Shown here: positions 18,901 through 27,874 of the stretch, one piece after another | How the letters are laid out: every line of letters begins with the position of its first letter | How positions within the stretch are numbered: the stretch's first letter is position 1 | Source of the DNA: Anaerolineae bacterium | Lineage (GTDB): Bacteria > Chloroflexota > Anaerolineae > B4-G1 > DUEL01 | Direction of reading: 5' to 3' | Length of the DNA stretch: 64,000 bases | Assembly: GCA_041082215.1 (NCBI GenBank) | Contig: JBDOIF010000041.1 | Location: 62,001-126,000 of the forward strand | Notes under the pieces: model-generated | Databases searched by the model: none | Told to the model about the DNA's origin: nothing | The model's input: only the letters and a program-made list of their open reading frames with translations | Program-made: the position numbers and the translations under genes

Positions 18901-20501
18901 GCGGCGAAGACGCCCGGACGGCTGGTCGCCAGAGTGTTGGGGTTGACGGCGACCGTCGCCTGATCGGTAATGCCGACCCCGGCGCTCTCCGGGATGAAGG
19001 CCAGGCCGGCCCGCTGACCCACGGAGAAGATGACGTTGTCGCAGGGAATGAAGTGCTCCGAGCCGGGAACGACAACCGGCCTGCGGCGTCCGGTCTCATC
19101 GGGCAGGCCTGGCTCCGTGCGGACACACTTCATCCCAACCACCTGGCGGCCACCGTACCCCACAATCTCCACTGGCGTGACCTGCCAGTGGAAGACGACG
19201 CCTTCCTCCTCTGCCCGTTCCATCTCCTCCGGATCGGCGGTGGCCTCCTCGCGGGTCCGGCGATAGTAGACGTGGACTTCGGCGCCCAGGCGGCGCGCAG
19301 TACGTGCCACGTCCATCGCCACATCGCCCGCGCCGATGACGGCCACCATCTTACCCAGCGTCGGCGGATTGCCCAGCCGGACATCCCGCAGGAAGTGGGT
19401 GTTGATCAGCACACCCTCCAGGTCGGCGCCAGGGATGTTGAGCCGGATGCCCTCATGCGCGCCGACAGCGATAAGGACGGCATCAAACCCCTCTGCGAAG
19501 ACATCGTCCAGGTTGTCCACAGGGTGGTTGAGCCGCAACTCCACGCCCAGGTCCACGATGTCCTGGACCTCACGGTCCACTATCCACGAGGGCAGGCGGT
19601 ATTCCGGCACGCCGACGCGGAGCATCCCCCCGGCGACAGGCAGGGCCTCAAAGACTGTGACGCCGTAGCCCATCTTGCAGAGGTCCTGGGCAGCGGTCAG
19701 GCCGCAGGGGCCGGCGCCGATCACCGCGACCCGCTGGGAGTACAGGCGTGGGGCCGGTTCGGGCGGCACGCGCGGATGGGCGTATACTTTGTCTGTAACG
19801 AAACGCTTGAGGGCCCGGATGTTGATGGGTTCATCCAGTTTCCCCCGGTTGCAGGCGTCCTCGCAGCGATGGTTGCAGATGCGGCCGCAGATGCCGGGGA
19901 AGGGGTTATCTTCTTTAATGACTCGCAGCGCATCTTCGTAGCGGCCCTCGCGGATAAGCGCAATGTAGCCCTGGGCCCGCTGGCCGGCAGGACAGGCGTT
20001 GCGGCAGGGGGCGATGCCGCGTTTTTCTATGGCGTAAGCATTGGGAACGGCCTGGGGGTAGAGCTTGTAGGCTGCCCGCTGGACCTTCAATCCTTCATCG
20101 AAGTGGCTGGGGATGATGACAGGGCAGACGTTCCCGCATTCGCCGCAACCGGTGCATTTGTCCAGGTCAATGTAGCGGGGCCTCTTCCGCAGGCGGACGG
20201 TGAAGTTCCCCGCCTCCCCGTCCACGCTGAGGACCTCGGTATCCACCAGCAGTTCTATGTTGCGGTGGCGGCCAGCGTCAACCAGCTTGGGGCTGAGGAT
20301 ACACATGGCGCAGTCGTTGGTGGGGAAGGTCTTATCCAGTTGGGCCATATGCCCACCGATGGCGGACTTCTGCTCCACCAGATAGACCTTAAAGCCGGCC
20401 TCCGCCAGGTCCAGCGCGGCCTGAATCCCGGCGATGCCCCCGCCGACCACCATCGCTGCGCCGATCACTCTGCTGTTCCCATGAGAGCCCTGCCCGGACA
20501 T
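15984..20501 (-). CDS. hdrA: Large HdrA-family flavoprotein (HdrL type): tandem HdrA modules with an inserted GltD/NfnB-like NAD(P)H module
   Basis: LDKTFPTNDCAMC; GltD-like ICGRICNHRCE, GAGPCG, GVPEYRLP, GAGDVAMD, YRR; QCVGSRD, CSSVCC, PKDIP; VCHCG; second FAD module; C-terminal ferredoxin. Confidence 0.9.
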   Translation of the reverse strand: MSGQGSHGNSRVIGAAMVVGGGIAGIQAALDLAEAGFKVYLVEQKSAIGGHMAQLDKTFPTNDCAMCILSPKLVDAGRHRNIELLVDTEVLSVDGEAGNFTVRLRKRPRYIDLDKCTGCGECGNVCPVIIPSHFDEGLKVQRAAYKLYPQAVPNAYAIEKRGIAPCRNACPAGQRAQGYIALIREGRYEDALRVIKEDNPFPGICGRICNHRCEDACNRGKLDEPINIRALKRFVTDKVYAHPRVPPEPAPRLYSQRVAVIGAGPCGLTAAQDLCKMGYGVTVFEALPVAGGMLRVGVPEYRLPSWIVDREVQDIVDLGVELRLNHPVDNLDDVFAEGFDAVLIAVGAHEGIRLNIPGADLEGVLINTHFLRDVRLGNPPTLGKMVAVIGAGDVAMDVARTARRLGAEVHVYYRRTREEATADPEEMERAEEEGVVFHWQVTPVEIVGYGGRQVVGMKCVRTEPGLPDETGRRRPVVVPGSEHFIPCDNVIFSVGQRAGLAFIPESAGVGITDQATVAVNPNTLATSRPGVFAAGDVATGTAFVIEAVAAGHRAAQAIHRYLQGEELELPARPKLPVVELSRAEIEERVARGEVKIQPRVPMEVMPVEQRLSTFEEVVAGYTDERAQAEAARCLACGICSECLSCVYACQAGAVNHDMVEQTIELDVGAILLAPGFTAFDAEKAGEYGWGRYPNVVTSLQFERLLNASGPTLGHVQRPSDGRTPKRIAFIQCVGSRDQKHDYCSSVCCMYALKEAILAIEHEPDTEIAVFLMDMRAFSKGYEEFYRRAKERYGIRFVRCRVSEVKEDPKTRNLVIRYVDGGAGSQPADGAGCQPALREEAFDLVVLSVGMEVPEAARDLGRRAGVELDDYGFCRTTPFAPLETSRAGVFALGPFHEPKDIPESVVEASGAAGLAGLLLAPARWTETEEVVWPPERDISTEEPRVGVFVCHCGSNIAGFLDVPAVTAYAATLPGVAHAEHNLYTCSQDSIRHIAEVVREKGLNRVVVAACTPLTHEPLFQDAIRQAGLNPNLFEMANIRNQCSWVHPGNWEAATEKAKDLVRMAVAKAARLEPLYKTQVQVQKTALVIGGGAAGMNAALTLARQGFPVHLVERAGSLGGNLLHLRYSLQEATGVGGRVWLDPRAYAEELIAQVEAEPLITVHLNTEVLETGGFVGNFTSRLRGPRGESEVRHGVAIVATGGQEYRGPEYGYGSDPRILTQQEFEERLAEGKDLPESVVMIQCIGPAERYCSRICCTTALKNALMLKRRNPKARVIVLYRDIRTFGFKERIYEEARRAGVVFIRYDFDRKPQVQVADSRLQVRVWEPVLGTELVLQPDLVVLSMPVVPSEGARGLSTRLRLPVDLDGFFLEAHVKLRPVDFASDGFFLAGMAHYPKFLGEAIAQAQAAAARAATILSRDYLEVGGIVAQVDAEKCVGCLTCVRICPYHVPQIRADLTGVGGIIGAAYIEPAQCHGCGVCVGECPAKAIQLLHYRDVQIEAKVDAVVV
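17993..18043. repeat. GTAG REP-like palindrome inserted in frame in hdrA
   Basis: gtagcgcaggctgacagcccgc-gccatct-gcgggttgagagcctgcgccac; 51 nt, encodes GGAGSQPADGAGCQPAL. Confidence 0.7.
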
Positions 20502-20540
20502 CGCGCACCCTCCTTCCCAAGCCATCGGGTCGCTTCAGCC

Positions 20541-20567
20541 CCCAGTCACCCACTCACCCACTCACCC
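20541..20567. repeat. Octamer tandem repeat at a gene junction
   Basis: cccagtcacccactcacccactcaccc, overlapping the mvhD stop. Confidence 0.65.
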
Positions 20568-21005
20568 GGCCCTCCCCTTTAAAGGATTCGGCCCCAACTC
20601 CCTCACCTTCTCCGTCATCCTCCGCGCCGCTTCGGCAAACGTTGCTCCCATTCCACCGGATACAAAGACCATCTCCAGCCGCTCACCGCCGATTCCGATC
20701 TCGTCCAGCAGCTTCTTGACATACTTCACCCGTGCCAGCGCCCGCTCGTTCCCGTGGACGTGGTGGCAGTTGCCCAGAGGGCAGGCCACCACGTACACCC
20801 CATCTGCTCCCTGCTCGAACGCTCCCAGGATGTAGCGCACATCCACCTTGCCCGTACAGGGCAACCGCACCAGCTTGACGCTGGTCGGATACCGGATCCG
20901 CAGTGCCCCGGCGGTATCGGCAGCCATATAACCGCAATAGATGCAGGTGAAAGCCGTGATCTCCGGCGTGAACTCACCGCGCCCGTTGCCTTTATCCTCG
21001 CTCAC
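20562..21005 (-). CDS. mvhD: MvhD-like [2Fe-2S] protein
   Basis: FTCIYCGY.AAD.AG, LPCTGKV, VACPLGNCH and GPNP motifs; GTG start after GGAGGAGG. Confidence 0.92.
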   Translation of the reverse strand: MSEDKGNGRGEFTPEITAFTCIYCGYMAADTAGALRIRYPTSVKLVRLPCTGKVDVRYILGAFEQGADGVYVVACPLGNCHHVHGNERALARVKYVKKLLDEIGIGGERLEMVFVSGGMGATFAEAARRMTEKVRELGPNPLKGRAG

Positions 21006-21030
21006 ATCCTCCTCCAGAAATCCGATATAC

Positions 21031-21080
21031 AAGTCACCCAGTCCCCCAGTCACCCAATCACCCAGTCACCCAACTCCCCA
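21031..21080. repeat. Octamer tandem repeat (cagtcacc) at a gene junction
   Basis: aagtcacc cagtcccc cagtcacc caatcacc cagtcacc caactccc, spanning the hdrA stop. Confidence 0.75.
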
Positions 21081-24000
21081 ACGGCTGCGCCAAAATCTGT
21101 TCATCCTTATACGCCACCAACTGGATCGCCTTCGCCGGGCATTCCGCTACACAGGTCCCGCACCCCTGGCACAACCCCGGCTCGATGTAAGCTGCGCCCT
21201 TGATCCCGCCCACCCCCGTATCCTCGTACCGCACGCGGGGGATCTCGAAGGGACAGGTCCGCACGCAGGTGAGACACCCAACGCATTTCGACTGGTCCAC
21301 CTCTGCCACCACCCCACCGATGTAGAGGCGATCTTTGGTGAGGATGGTAAGCGCCCGACCCGCCGTCGCCTGGGCATTGGCGATGCACTCGTCTATGAAC
21401 TTGGGGTAATGGGCCATACCGCAGACGAAGATGCCCTCAGCGACGAAGTCCATAGGCCGCATCTTGAGGTGGGCCTCCATAAAGAAGCCCTCGCTGGAAA
21501 GCGGCACCCCCAGAATAGAAGACAGCTCCTCCGTCCCCTCAGCGGGCTGCACAGCCATGCTGAGGGAGACGAGGTCCGGGTAGAAAGCGATTTCCTGCCG
21601 CAGAGATGGGTCCCATGCCACCAGCTCCAACTGAGGGCCGACGAGGCGGATGGTTGGCCGGTGGGCGTCGTCGTAGCGCATGAAGATCACTCCGCGCCGA
21701 CGGGCCTCGGTGTAGAAATTCTCCCGGAAGCCGTAGGTGATGATATCCTGATAGAGGACGATCACCTGACAGCGAGGGTTCAGCATTTTCAGGCGAATGG
21801 CGTTCTTCATCGTGTTGGTGCAGCAGATGCGGCTGCAGTACTCCACCGCACCCGGCGGACGGACACACTGGATGAAGACCACCTGATTCAGGCCCGCGAT
21901 CCGCTCTGGCTGGTGGGTGATAATGTCTTCCAGCTCGAGAGAGGTGACCACGCGGGGGTCCCGCCCACGCATATAGACCTCGCCCTGCCACTCCTGCCCT
22001 CCGGTGGCGACAATGGTCACCGCGTGGGCGACCTCGCTTTCCGCCACCGTCCCATCCCGTCGCCGTGTCCGAAGCACGGAGCGAAAGTCCCCTACGCGCC
22101 CCGTTTGGGAGACCAGTTCGGTGCGGGTCAGCACCTGGATCCGCTCATGGCCGACCACCCGATTGACCAGGTCCCGCAACAGGCGCTGGGGGTTTTGCCC
22201 TTCCGCCACGTAGTAAACGTAACGCAGGTTGCCTCCCAGCTCCTCCGCCCGCTCTATCAACGTAACATCATAGCCAGCGTCGGCGATGGTGAGGGCTGCG
22301 GTCATGCCAGCGATCCCGCCGCCGATGACCAGCGCCCGGCTCACCGGCTTCACCGCCAGCTTGCGCACCGGTTCCGCTGCCCGCACGCGGGCCACTGCCA
22401 TCCGCACCAGCTCCTTCGCTTTTCGGGTCGCCCCGGCAGGATCGTCCACATGGGCCCAGGCGCACTGCTCCCGCACGTTGACCATCTCCAGCAGGTATGG
22501 ATTCAACCCTGCCTCCCGCACCGTCTTCTGGAACAACGGCTCGTGGGTCCGGTGGCTGCATGCCGCCACCACGACCCGGTTCAGCCCGTGCTCCTGGATC
22601 CCCGAACGGATCGCGGCCAGGCCTTCTTCGAAGCAGCCGTACTCCACTGCCTGCACGTGCACCACGTCTGGTAGCCCTTCGGCGAACCGCATCACCGCAT
22701 TCACATCCACCACACCGTCCAGCGTAGGGGTGCAGCGACAGAGGAACACCCCCACACGGGCCGGCTCGCCGCTCACGTCCCGCTCTGGCGGAAGCCTGTC
22801 CGGCTTCCAGAGGAAGGGATGCTCTCGACTGGAGGGCATCGCTCCCAGCCGGTCGCGCATCAGCCGCATCACGTCTCCGGCGGCACCGGCGGCGTCTATG
22901 ATCGTCTCCGCGATCTCCTTGGGGGACTGGAACGTGCCACAGACGTAAACCCCCGGACGGCTGGTTTCCAGCGGGGCGAACTTATCCGTCTCGCAGAAGC
23001 CGGACGGGTTCAGCTCGATCCCCAGCACGCGGGCCAGGTCCTGAGAGCCCTGTGGAGGACGGGCCCCCAGGGAGAGGACCACCAGATCGAACCGGTCCTC
23101 CCGCATCCGGCCCTCCTCGTCCGGATAACGGAGGATCAGGTCGTGGGTCTGAGGGTCTTCTTTTACCTCAGAGATGCGGCAGCGGGTGTACTCCACCTGG
23201 TACCGCTCGCGGGCCTGTTCGTAGTAGGCGTTGAACTCCTTGTTGAACGCCCGCTCGTCCATCATAAAGACCTGGCAATGGACCCCCGGGATGCGCTCTT
23301 TGGCGATCATCGCCTCTTTAGTGGCGTACATGCAGCAGATGGAGGAGCAGTAGGGGTACTTCTGGTCGCGGGAGCCGACGCACTGGAGCCAGGCAATACG
23401 CCTGGGGAGCTCTCCGTCGGAGGGGCGGCGGACGATGCCCTCCGTCGGGCCGGACCGGCTGGCAAGCCGTTCGTACTGCATGGAGTGGATGACGTTAGGG
23501 TAGCGGCCAAAGCCCAGCTCCGCATACTCGCCGGGATCGGAAAGGGTGTAGCCGATAGAAAGGATGATCGCCCCTGCGTGCACATCCCACTCGACCGGCT
23601 CTTCATCCAGGTGGATCGCCCCCGTGGGACAGACAGCCTCGCAGCGACGGCACGTCTCACACCGGGGGAGCTTATCCACGATGTAGGCGTCGGGCAGGGC
23701 CCGGGGCGCCATTTTGTAGACCGCCTTGCGGATCGCCAACTGCTCCTCGAAGGGGCTGGGAAGCTCGACCGGGCAGACCGCCGCGCAGAGGCCACAGTTG
23801 ATGCATTGTTCCGCCGTCACATAGGTGGGGCGACGGCGGAGGGTGACAACGAAGTCTCCCGCCTGCCCGGTCACATGGATCAGGTCGGTATTGGTGAGAA
23901 TCTCGATATTGGGATGCCGGTTGAAGTCAAGGAAGGCCGGAGAGATGGACGGGCGGGTACAGCCGTAGCCATGGTCGGATGTGCCCCGGCAGAGGACGCA

Positions 24001-24174
24001 ATCGTGGGTGGGAAACATATACCCCAGTTGCGCCACCCGTCCCCCCAACCAGGGCAGGCTTTCGGCCAGGTAGACTTTCAGGCCGGCCTCGGCCAGATCA
24101 ATGGCCGCCCGCATTCCGCCGACGCCCCCACCGACAACCAGCACCGCCCCAACGCTCTGATCACCCTCAGGCAT
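21058..24174 (-). CDS. hdrA: Tandem (double-module) HdrA-family flavoprotein
   Basis: GGGVGG FAD motif, FPTHDCVLC, inserted ferredoxin, QCVGSRD/CSSICC, LCRC N-type domain, second FAD module, C-terminal ferredoxin. Confidence 0.9.
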   Translation of the reverse strand: MPEGDQSVGAVLVVGGGVGGMRAAIDLAEAGLKVYLAESLPWLGGRVAQLGYMFPTHDCVLCRGTSDHGYGCTRPSISPAFLDFNRHPNIEILTNTDLIHVTGQAGDFVVTLRRRPTYVTAEQCINCGLCAAVCPVELPSPFEEQLAIRKAVYKMAPRALPDAYIVDKLPRCETCRRCEAVCPTGAIHLDEEPVEWDVHAGAIILSIGYTLSDPGEYAELGFGRYPNVIHSMQYERLASRSGPTEGIVRRPSDGELPRRIAWLQCVGSRDQKYPYCSSICCMYATKEAMIAKERIPGVHCQVFMMDERAFNKEFNAYYEQARERYQVEYTRCRISEVKEDPQTHDLILRYPDEEGRMREDRFDLVVLSLGARPPQGSQDLARVLGIELNPSGFCETDKFAPLETSRPGVYVCGTFQSPKEIAETIIDAAGAAGDVMRLMRDRLGAMPSSREHPFLWKPDRLPPERDVSGEPARVGVFLCRCTPTLDGVVDVNAVMRFAEGLPDVVHVQAVEYGCFEEGLAAIRSGIQEHGLNRVVVAACSHRTHEPLFQKTVREAGLNPYLLEMVNVREQCAWAHVDDPAGATRKAKELVRMAVARVRAAEPVRKLAVKPVSRALVIGGGIAGMTAALTIADAGYDVTLIERAEELGGNLRYVYYVAEGQNPQRLLRDLVNRVVGHERIQVLTRTELVSQTGRVGDFRSVLRTRRRDGTVAESEVAHAVTIVATGGQEWQGEVYMRGRDPRVVTSLELEDIITHQPERIAGLNQVVFIQCVRPPGAVEYCSRICCTNTMKNAIRLKMLNPRCQVIVLYQDIITYGFRENFYTEARRRGVIFMRYDDAHRPTIRLVGPQLELVAWDPSLRQEIAFYPDLVSLSMAVQPAEGTEELSSILGVPLSSEGFFMEAHLKMRPMDFVAEGIFVCGMAHYPKFIDECIANAQATAGRALTILTKDRLYIGGVVAEVDQSKCVGCLTCVRTCPFEIPRVRYEDTGVGGIKGAAYIEPGLCQGCGTCVAECPAKAIQLVAYKDEQILAQPLGSWVTG

Positions 24175-24200
24175 ACAGCCTCCTCAATCGAAGATCGTTC

Positions 24201-24272
24201 AACCACGGAAACGCAGAGAGCACAGAGCGCACTTTCTCTCTACGTTCTCTGTGTCCTCCCTGTCTCTGTGGT
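24201..24272. repeat. Nonamer-based inverted repeat element (accacaga...tctgtggt type)
   Basis: aaccacggaaacgcagagagcacagag ... ctctgtgtcctccctgtctctgtggt; overlaps the 3' end of the flavoprotein gene. Confidence 0.65.
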
Positions 24273-25886
24273 GAAACCCTGCTCATGTCGCGTGTAATCC
24301 GGCAGGAGGATGGGGGAGACGACACCGGTATCCACCCCCGCCTCCTCCAGCTCCCGGTTCCATACATCCAGATGGGCCAGGGTGGGCTTGCCCGGCCGGG
24401 CCTGATGGGCATAGGCCGCCGCAGACCGACCCGCCCGCCTGCCGAAGACGGTGATCTCCAGGAGAGAGTTGCCCATCAGTCGGTTGTGGCCGTGGACTCC
24501 CCCGCTGACCTCCCCGGCGATGAACAGGCCGGGCACGTCGCAGGAACTGTCCGCCTTCAGCCGCACCCCGCCGTTCTGGTAGTGCAGGGTGGGATAGACC
24601 AGCATCGGCTCCTTCGTAATGTCAATCCCGAAGCGGCCAAACTGGCGCACCATAGCCGGGAGTGCCCGCTGGATGGTGCCGGGGCCGTGGATGATGTCTA
24701 TCATCGGCGAGTCCAGCCAGACTCCGGGCTGTCCGGTAGGGGTGACGATGCCGTTGCCCCGCGCACACTCCCGGATGAAGGCCGCCGCTTCCACATCGCG
24801 CGGCTCCAGCGGGTAGACGAACTGCTCGCCGTATTTGTTAACGACCTGCGCGCCCAGCCCGCGCACCTTCTCGGTCACCAGCAGGCCCAGAATCTGCTCC
24901 GGGAACGCCGCACCGGTGGGGTGGTACTGCATAGACTCCAGATACCCCAGCCGCGCACCGACCCGGTAGGCCAGCACGACACCGTCGGCGGTGGCGCCGT
25001 AGTGGTTGGTGGTGGGGAAACCCTGGTAGTGGAGCCGTCCGCCGCCGCCCGTCGCCAGGACGACAGCCTTCGCCCTGATATAGCCCTTCGCGCCTGTCTC
25101 CAGGTTCATCACTACCGCGCCAGCAATCTGCCCTTTATCGTCCAGCACCAGTTCTATCGCCGGAGAGAACTCTATGACGATGATGTCCGGCTCCCGGTTG
25201 CGGACCTCGTCCCGCAGGGTGCGCATGATTTCCGCGCCGGTGTAGTCGCGGGCGGAGTGCATCCGCTTGCGGCTGGTGCCGCCACCGTGGGCCTCTATCA
25301 TCGTCCCGTCCGGCTCTTTGTCAAACATCATCCCCAAGTCTTCCAGCCATTTGATGACGAAGGGCGCATCCATCACCAGCGCCTCCACCAGCTCGGGTAC
25401 GTTGGTGAAGTGGCCGCCGCCGATGACGTCCAGATAGTGGATCGCAGGGTCATCGTTGGGACGGTCAGCAGCCTGGATGCCGCCCTGGGCCATCATCGTG
25501 TTGGCGTCGCCGAAACGGAGCTTGGTCACCAGGATGACCTTCGCGCCGTTATCGTGGGCCAGGAGCGCCGCCGACGCACCCGCGCCCCCCCCGCCGATGA
25601 CCAGGACATCCGTTTCGGCAATGGGATTGGAGAGATCAAAATCCGGGCCGATGTGGGGCCGGCCCTCCACAATATCCGCCAGTTCCAGCGGCATCCTCTG
25701 CTGTCCTTTGCTAACGCCAACGCGGATGGTGCGGAAGGTTTCTTCTTTGTAATCGGGGTGGTAGGCCTTGAGAATCGCCTCCCGCTCCTCCAGCGTCATC
25801 GTCGGGAAGGTCTCCTTCAGACGCCGGGGCCGGGTCGCCTCCACCAGTCGGATAGATTCCTGCATTTCCGGCGGGTAACCGCTCAT
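24240..25886 (-). CDS. Soluble fumarate reductase/succinate dehydrogenase-family flavoprotein (TfrA/FdrA-like)
   Basis: GGGGAG, AQGGI, QYHPT, LVTEKVRG.G, PRD, LHYQNGG and HGHNRLMGNSL dicarboxylate-site motifs. Confidence 0.85.
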   Translation of the reverse strand: MSGYPPEMQESIRLVEATRPRRLKETFPTMTLEEREAILKAYHPDYKEETFRTIRVGVSKGQQRMPLELADIVEGRPHIGPDFDLSNPIAETDVLVIGGGGAGASAALLAHDNGAKVILVTKLRFGDANTMMAQGGIQAADRPNDDPAIHYLDVIGGGHFTNVPELVEALVMDAPFVIKWLEDLGMMFDKEPDGTMIEAHGGGTSRKRMHSARDYTGAEIMRTLRDEVRNREPDIIVIEFSPAIELVLDDKGQIAGAVVMNLETGAKGYIRAKAVVLATGGGGRLHYQGFPTTNHYGATADGVVLAYRVGARLGYLESMQYHPTGAAFPEQILGLLVTEKVRGLGAQVVNKYGEQFVYPLEPRDVEAAAFIRECARGNGIVTPTGQPGVWLDSPMIDIIHGPGTIQRALPAMVRQFGRFGIDITKEPMLVYPTLHYQNGGVRLKADSSCDVPGLFIAGEVSGGVHGHNRLMGNSLLEITVFGRRAGRSAAAYAHQARPGKPTLAHLDVWNRELEEAGVDTGVVSPILLPDYTRHEQGFTTETGRTQRT

Positions 25887-25894
25887 ATGTCCTC

Positions 25895-25936
25895 CGTGTT
25901 GCGTACTCCGTGCCGTGTATTTCGTGTCGCGTATCG
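25895..25936. repeat. Degenerate heptamer tandem repeat
   Basis: cgtgttg cgtactc cgtgccg tgtattt cgtgtcg cgtatcg. Confidence 0.6.
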
Positions 25937-25958
25937 TAAAGTATCAGACCCCCGTTCT

Positions 25959-26678
25959 CTACTCCGGCTCTATGTCCCGCGCCTTATAGCGGGTTTTCAG
26001 GTCATCCATACTCAGATTCTTCAGCTCCTGGATTGCAGCGTCGAACCTGCCAGATCGGATTTCCTCCAGCCGCTTCTGCAGGTGCTCAGAGCGGGGGGCC
26101 AGGTAGCGGCCGTAGAGACGGCGGGCGAGGATGGCGATGTTGTACTGGGCCTCCTCCGCCGGGCAGCGGGCCGCGCAGAGGCCGCACATAATGCAGTCGA
26201 AGGAGAGGTCAGCCACGCGGGCGATATCGCCCCGCATCCCCGCCGCCATATAGGCCCGCACGTCGAGCTCCTGTGGGCAGGCCTTGGTGCACGTGCCACA
26301 GCCCAGGCACCGCAGGACCTCGGGATACAGGCTGAAGAGCGTGGTCGGCGTTGGCTCCAGTTCGGCAATGTTGTATGTGGCCCGGCGGGCAGGGAAGAAG
26401 GGGAGCTGGGCCAGGTACATCCCCGGTTGCACCACCGTCTGGCAGGCCAGGCCGAAATAGAGCTTGGGGTCCCCCTGGATGCGGTACGCCGTGGCACAGG
26501 CTCCGCAGAACCCGCCCCGACACCCGACCCCCCGGACCAACCTGTACCCCGCCCACTCCATCGCCTTCATAATCGTCAGTGCGGACGGCACCAGGTACTG
26601 CTTGCCCATAATGTAGACAGGTATCAGCTCCGCCTCCGCCACCTCGGGCTGCTGCTCCGTCATCTGTTCCGTCACCAT
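25959..26678 (-). CDS. Fe-S subunit of soluble fumarate reductase ([2Fe-2S] plus 2x[4Fe-4S]), FdrB-like
   Basis: GCRGGFCGAC...LACQT, CLGCGTCTKACP and CIMCGLCAARCP; adjacent to the flavoprotein gene. Confidence 0.82.
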   Translation of the reverse strand: MVTEQMTEQQPEVAEAELIPVYIMGKQYLVPSALTIMKAMEWAGYRLVRGVGCRGGFCGACATAYRIQGDPKLYFGLACQTVVQPGMYLAQLPFFPARRATYNIAELEPTPTTLFSLYPEVLRCLGCGTCTKACPQELDVRAYMAAGMRGDIARVADLSFDCIMCGLCAARCPAEEAQYNIAILARRLYGRYLAPRSEHLQKRLEEIRSGRFDAAIQELKNLSMDDLKTRYKARDIEPE

Positions 26679-26691
26679 TTGTCCTCCCACC

Positions 26692-26763
26692 TGATCGCCG
26701 AGTCACCCAGTCACCCAGTCACCCAGTTACCGAGTCACCGAGTCACCGAATCACCCAGTCACC
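26692..26763. repeat. Octamer tandem repeat, about 9 units (Sagtcacc)
   Basis: gagtcacc cagtcacc cagtcacc cagttacc gagtcacc gagtcacc gaatcacc cagtcacc. Confidence 0.85.
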
Positions 26764-27874
26764 TCTCCTCCCCCACCTCCGACCACTCATCCTCGCGGAA
26801 GGTGATCAGCGGCAACGGCTCCTCCACGCTGCGGCCGGGCACGTAGTCGAACGCCGCCTGGACCTGCTGGCCGACGGCGCGGAAGACGCGGGCCACCGGC
26901 AGGTCGGCGGGGCAGGCATCGGTGCAGACGCCGCACCCAATGCAGGAGAGGACCATATGGTTGAGCCGGGTGAGGTGGAAGAGGGTCGTATCGGCGGGCA
27001 GCCGGTAAGCCCCCTTACGGCGCGCCCAGTTCATATACTGGATCGGCTCGTGGTCGAAAACAGGGCTCTTGAAGAGGCAGGTCTTGCAGTAGCAGATGGG
27101 GCAGTTGGTCATGCAGTTGTGGCAGCGGATGCAGGCGGCGAAGACCCCCTCGATGCCCTCTTTCTCCAGCCGGCCGCGGATCTCGGCGAAGACCGCGTCG
27201 CGGGCCCGGGTGCGGGCCTGGGCGACCTTATCCACCACCTCAGCCCGCCGACCGTCCCCCGGCGCAGCCTCCAGGCCCAGCCGTCCGGCCAGTTCGTCGG
27301 AGAGGACAACGGGGATGCCCGCCGAGAGGTCGGCGCCGAAGAGTTCTATACGGATGTCGCCGCCCGTAGCTGCGAAATTCTCGCACATCTGGCAGGCGTC
27401 ACGGAAAGCGTATCCACTCTGGGGAGCCAGGTCGCCGCCCTGGAGTGCCGCCAGCAGCGCCGCCCGGTCCACCCCGCCGTTCGCCCGCATCGCCTCGTAG
27501 TCCGGCACAGAGTAGGTGCCCGGGCAATCCACCACCACCGTCACCAGGTCCTCCAGGCTGGCCTGCTGGAGCTTCACCAGCTCGACCAGCGCCCGGTACT
27601 CGCAGGGCCGCAACACCGCCGCGATGCGCCCCCGGGGCTTCCGGATCGAGGCCGGCCCGACCACCCGCGCTGCGTTCAGCCCCATCACCGGAGCCAGCGG
27701 GTCGGCTGCATCCAGGAGTGCCGGGTCCACCACCAGCGCCGGTGTCACTACCCCGGACGGGGTCCTCATCGGCACCAGAACGGCCTCCACCGTCCCTGTC
27801 TCCAGCAGCCGTCGGAGGAAGCTCCTCAGGGCTGCCAAAGTGTCCTGGTTTTCAACGGGAATTCTTACTCTCAT
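26759..27874 (-). CDS. FdhB/FrhB-family (FlxC-like) Fe-S protein
   Basis: LRPCE.RA..EL, DCPGT, RDACQMC, CIRCHNCMTNCPICYCKTC, FHLTR..H..SCIGCGVCTDACP. Confidence 0.8.
   Translation of the reverse strand: MRVRIPVENQDTLAALRSFLRRLLETGTVEAVLVPMRTPSGVVTPALVVDPALLDAADPLAPVMGLNAARVVGPASIRKPRGRIAAVLRPCEYRALVELVKLQQASLEDLVTVVVDCPGTYSVPDYEAMRANGGVDRAALLAALQGGDLAPQSGYAFRDACQMCENFAATGGDIRIELFGADLSAGIPVVLSDELAGRLGLEAAPGDGRRAEVVDKVAQARTRARDAVFAEIRGRLEKEGIEGVFAACIRCHNCMTNCPICYCKTCLFKSPVFDHEPIQYMNWARRKGAYRLPADTTLFHLTRLNHMVLSCIGCGVCTDACPADLPVARVFRAVGQQVQAAFDYVPGRSVEEPLPLITFREDEWSEVGEER

Noticed and set aside
26692..26763. Possible CRISPR array
   Set aside because: 8-bp contiguous units with no unique spacers and no cas genes
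23979..26846. Long plus-strand ORFs (955 aa here; also 6207-8369, 36620-38974, 56047-58380 and others)
   Set aside because: Antisense shadows of well-supported minus-strand genes in high-GC DNA; no recognisable motifs
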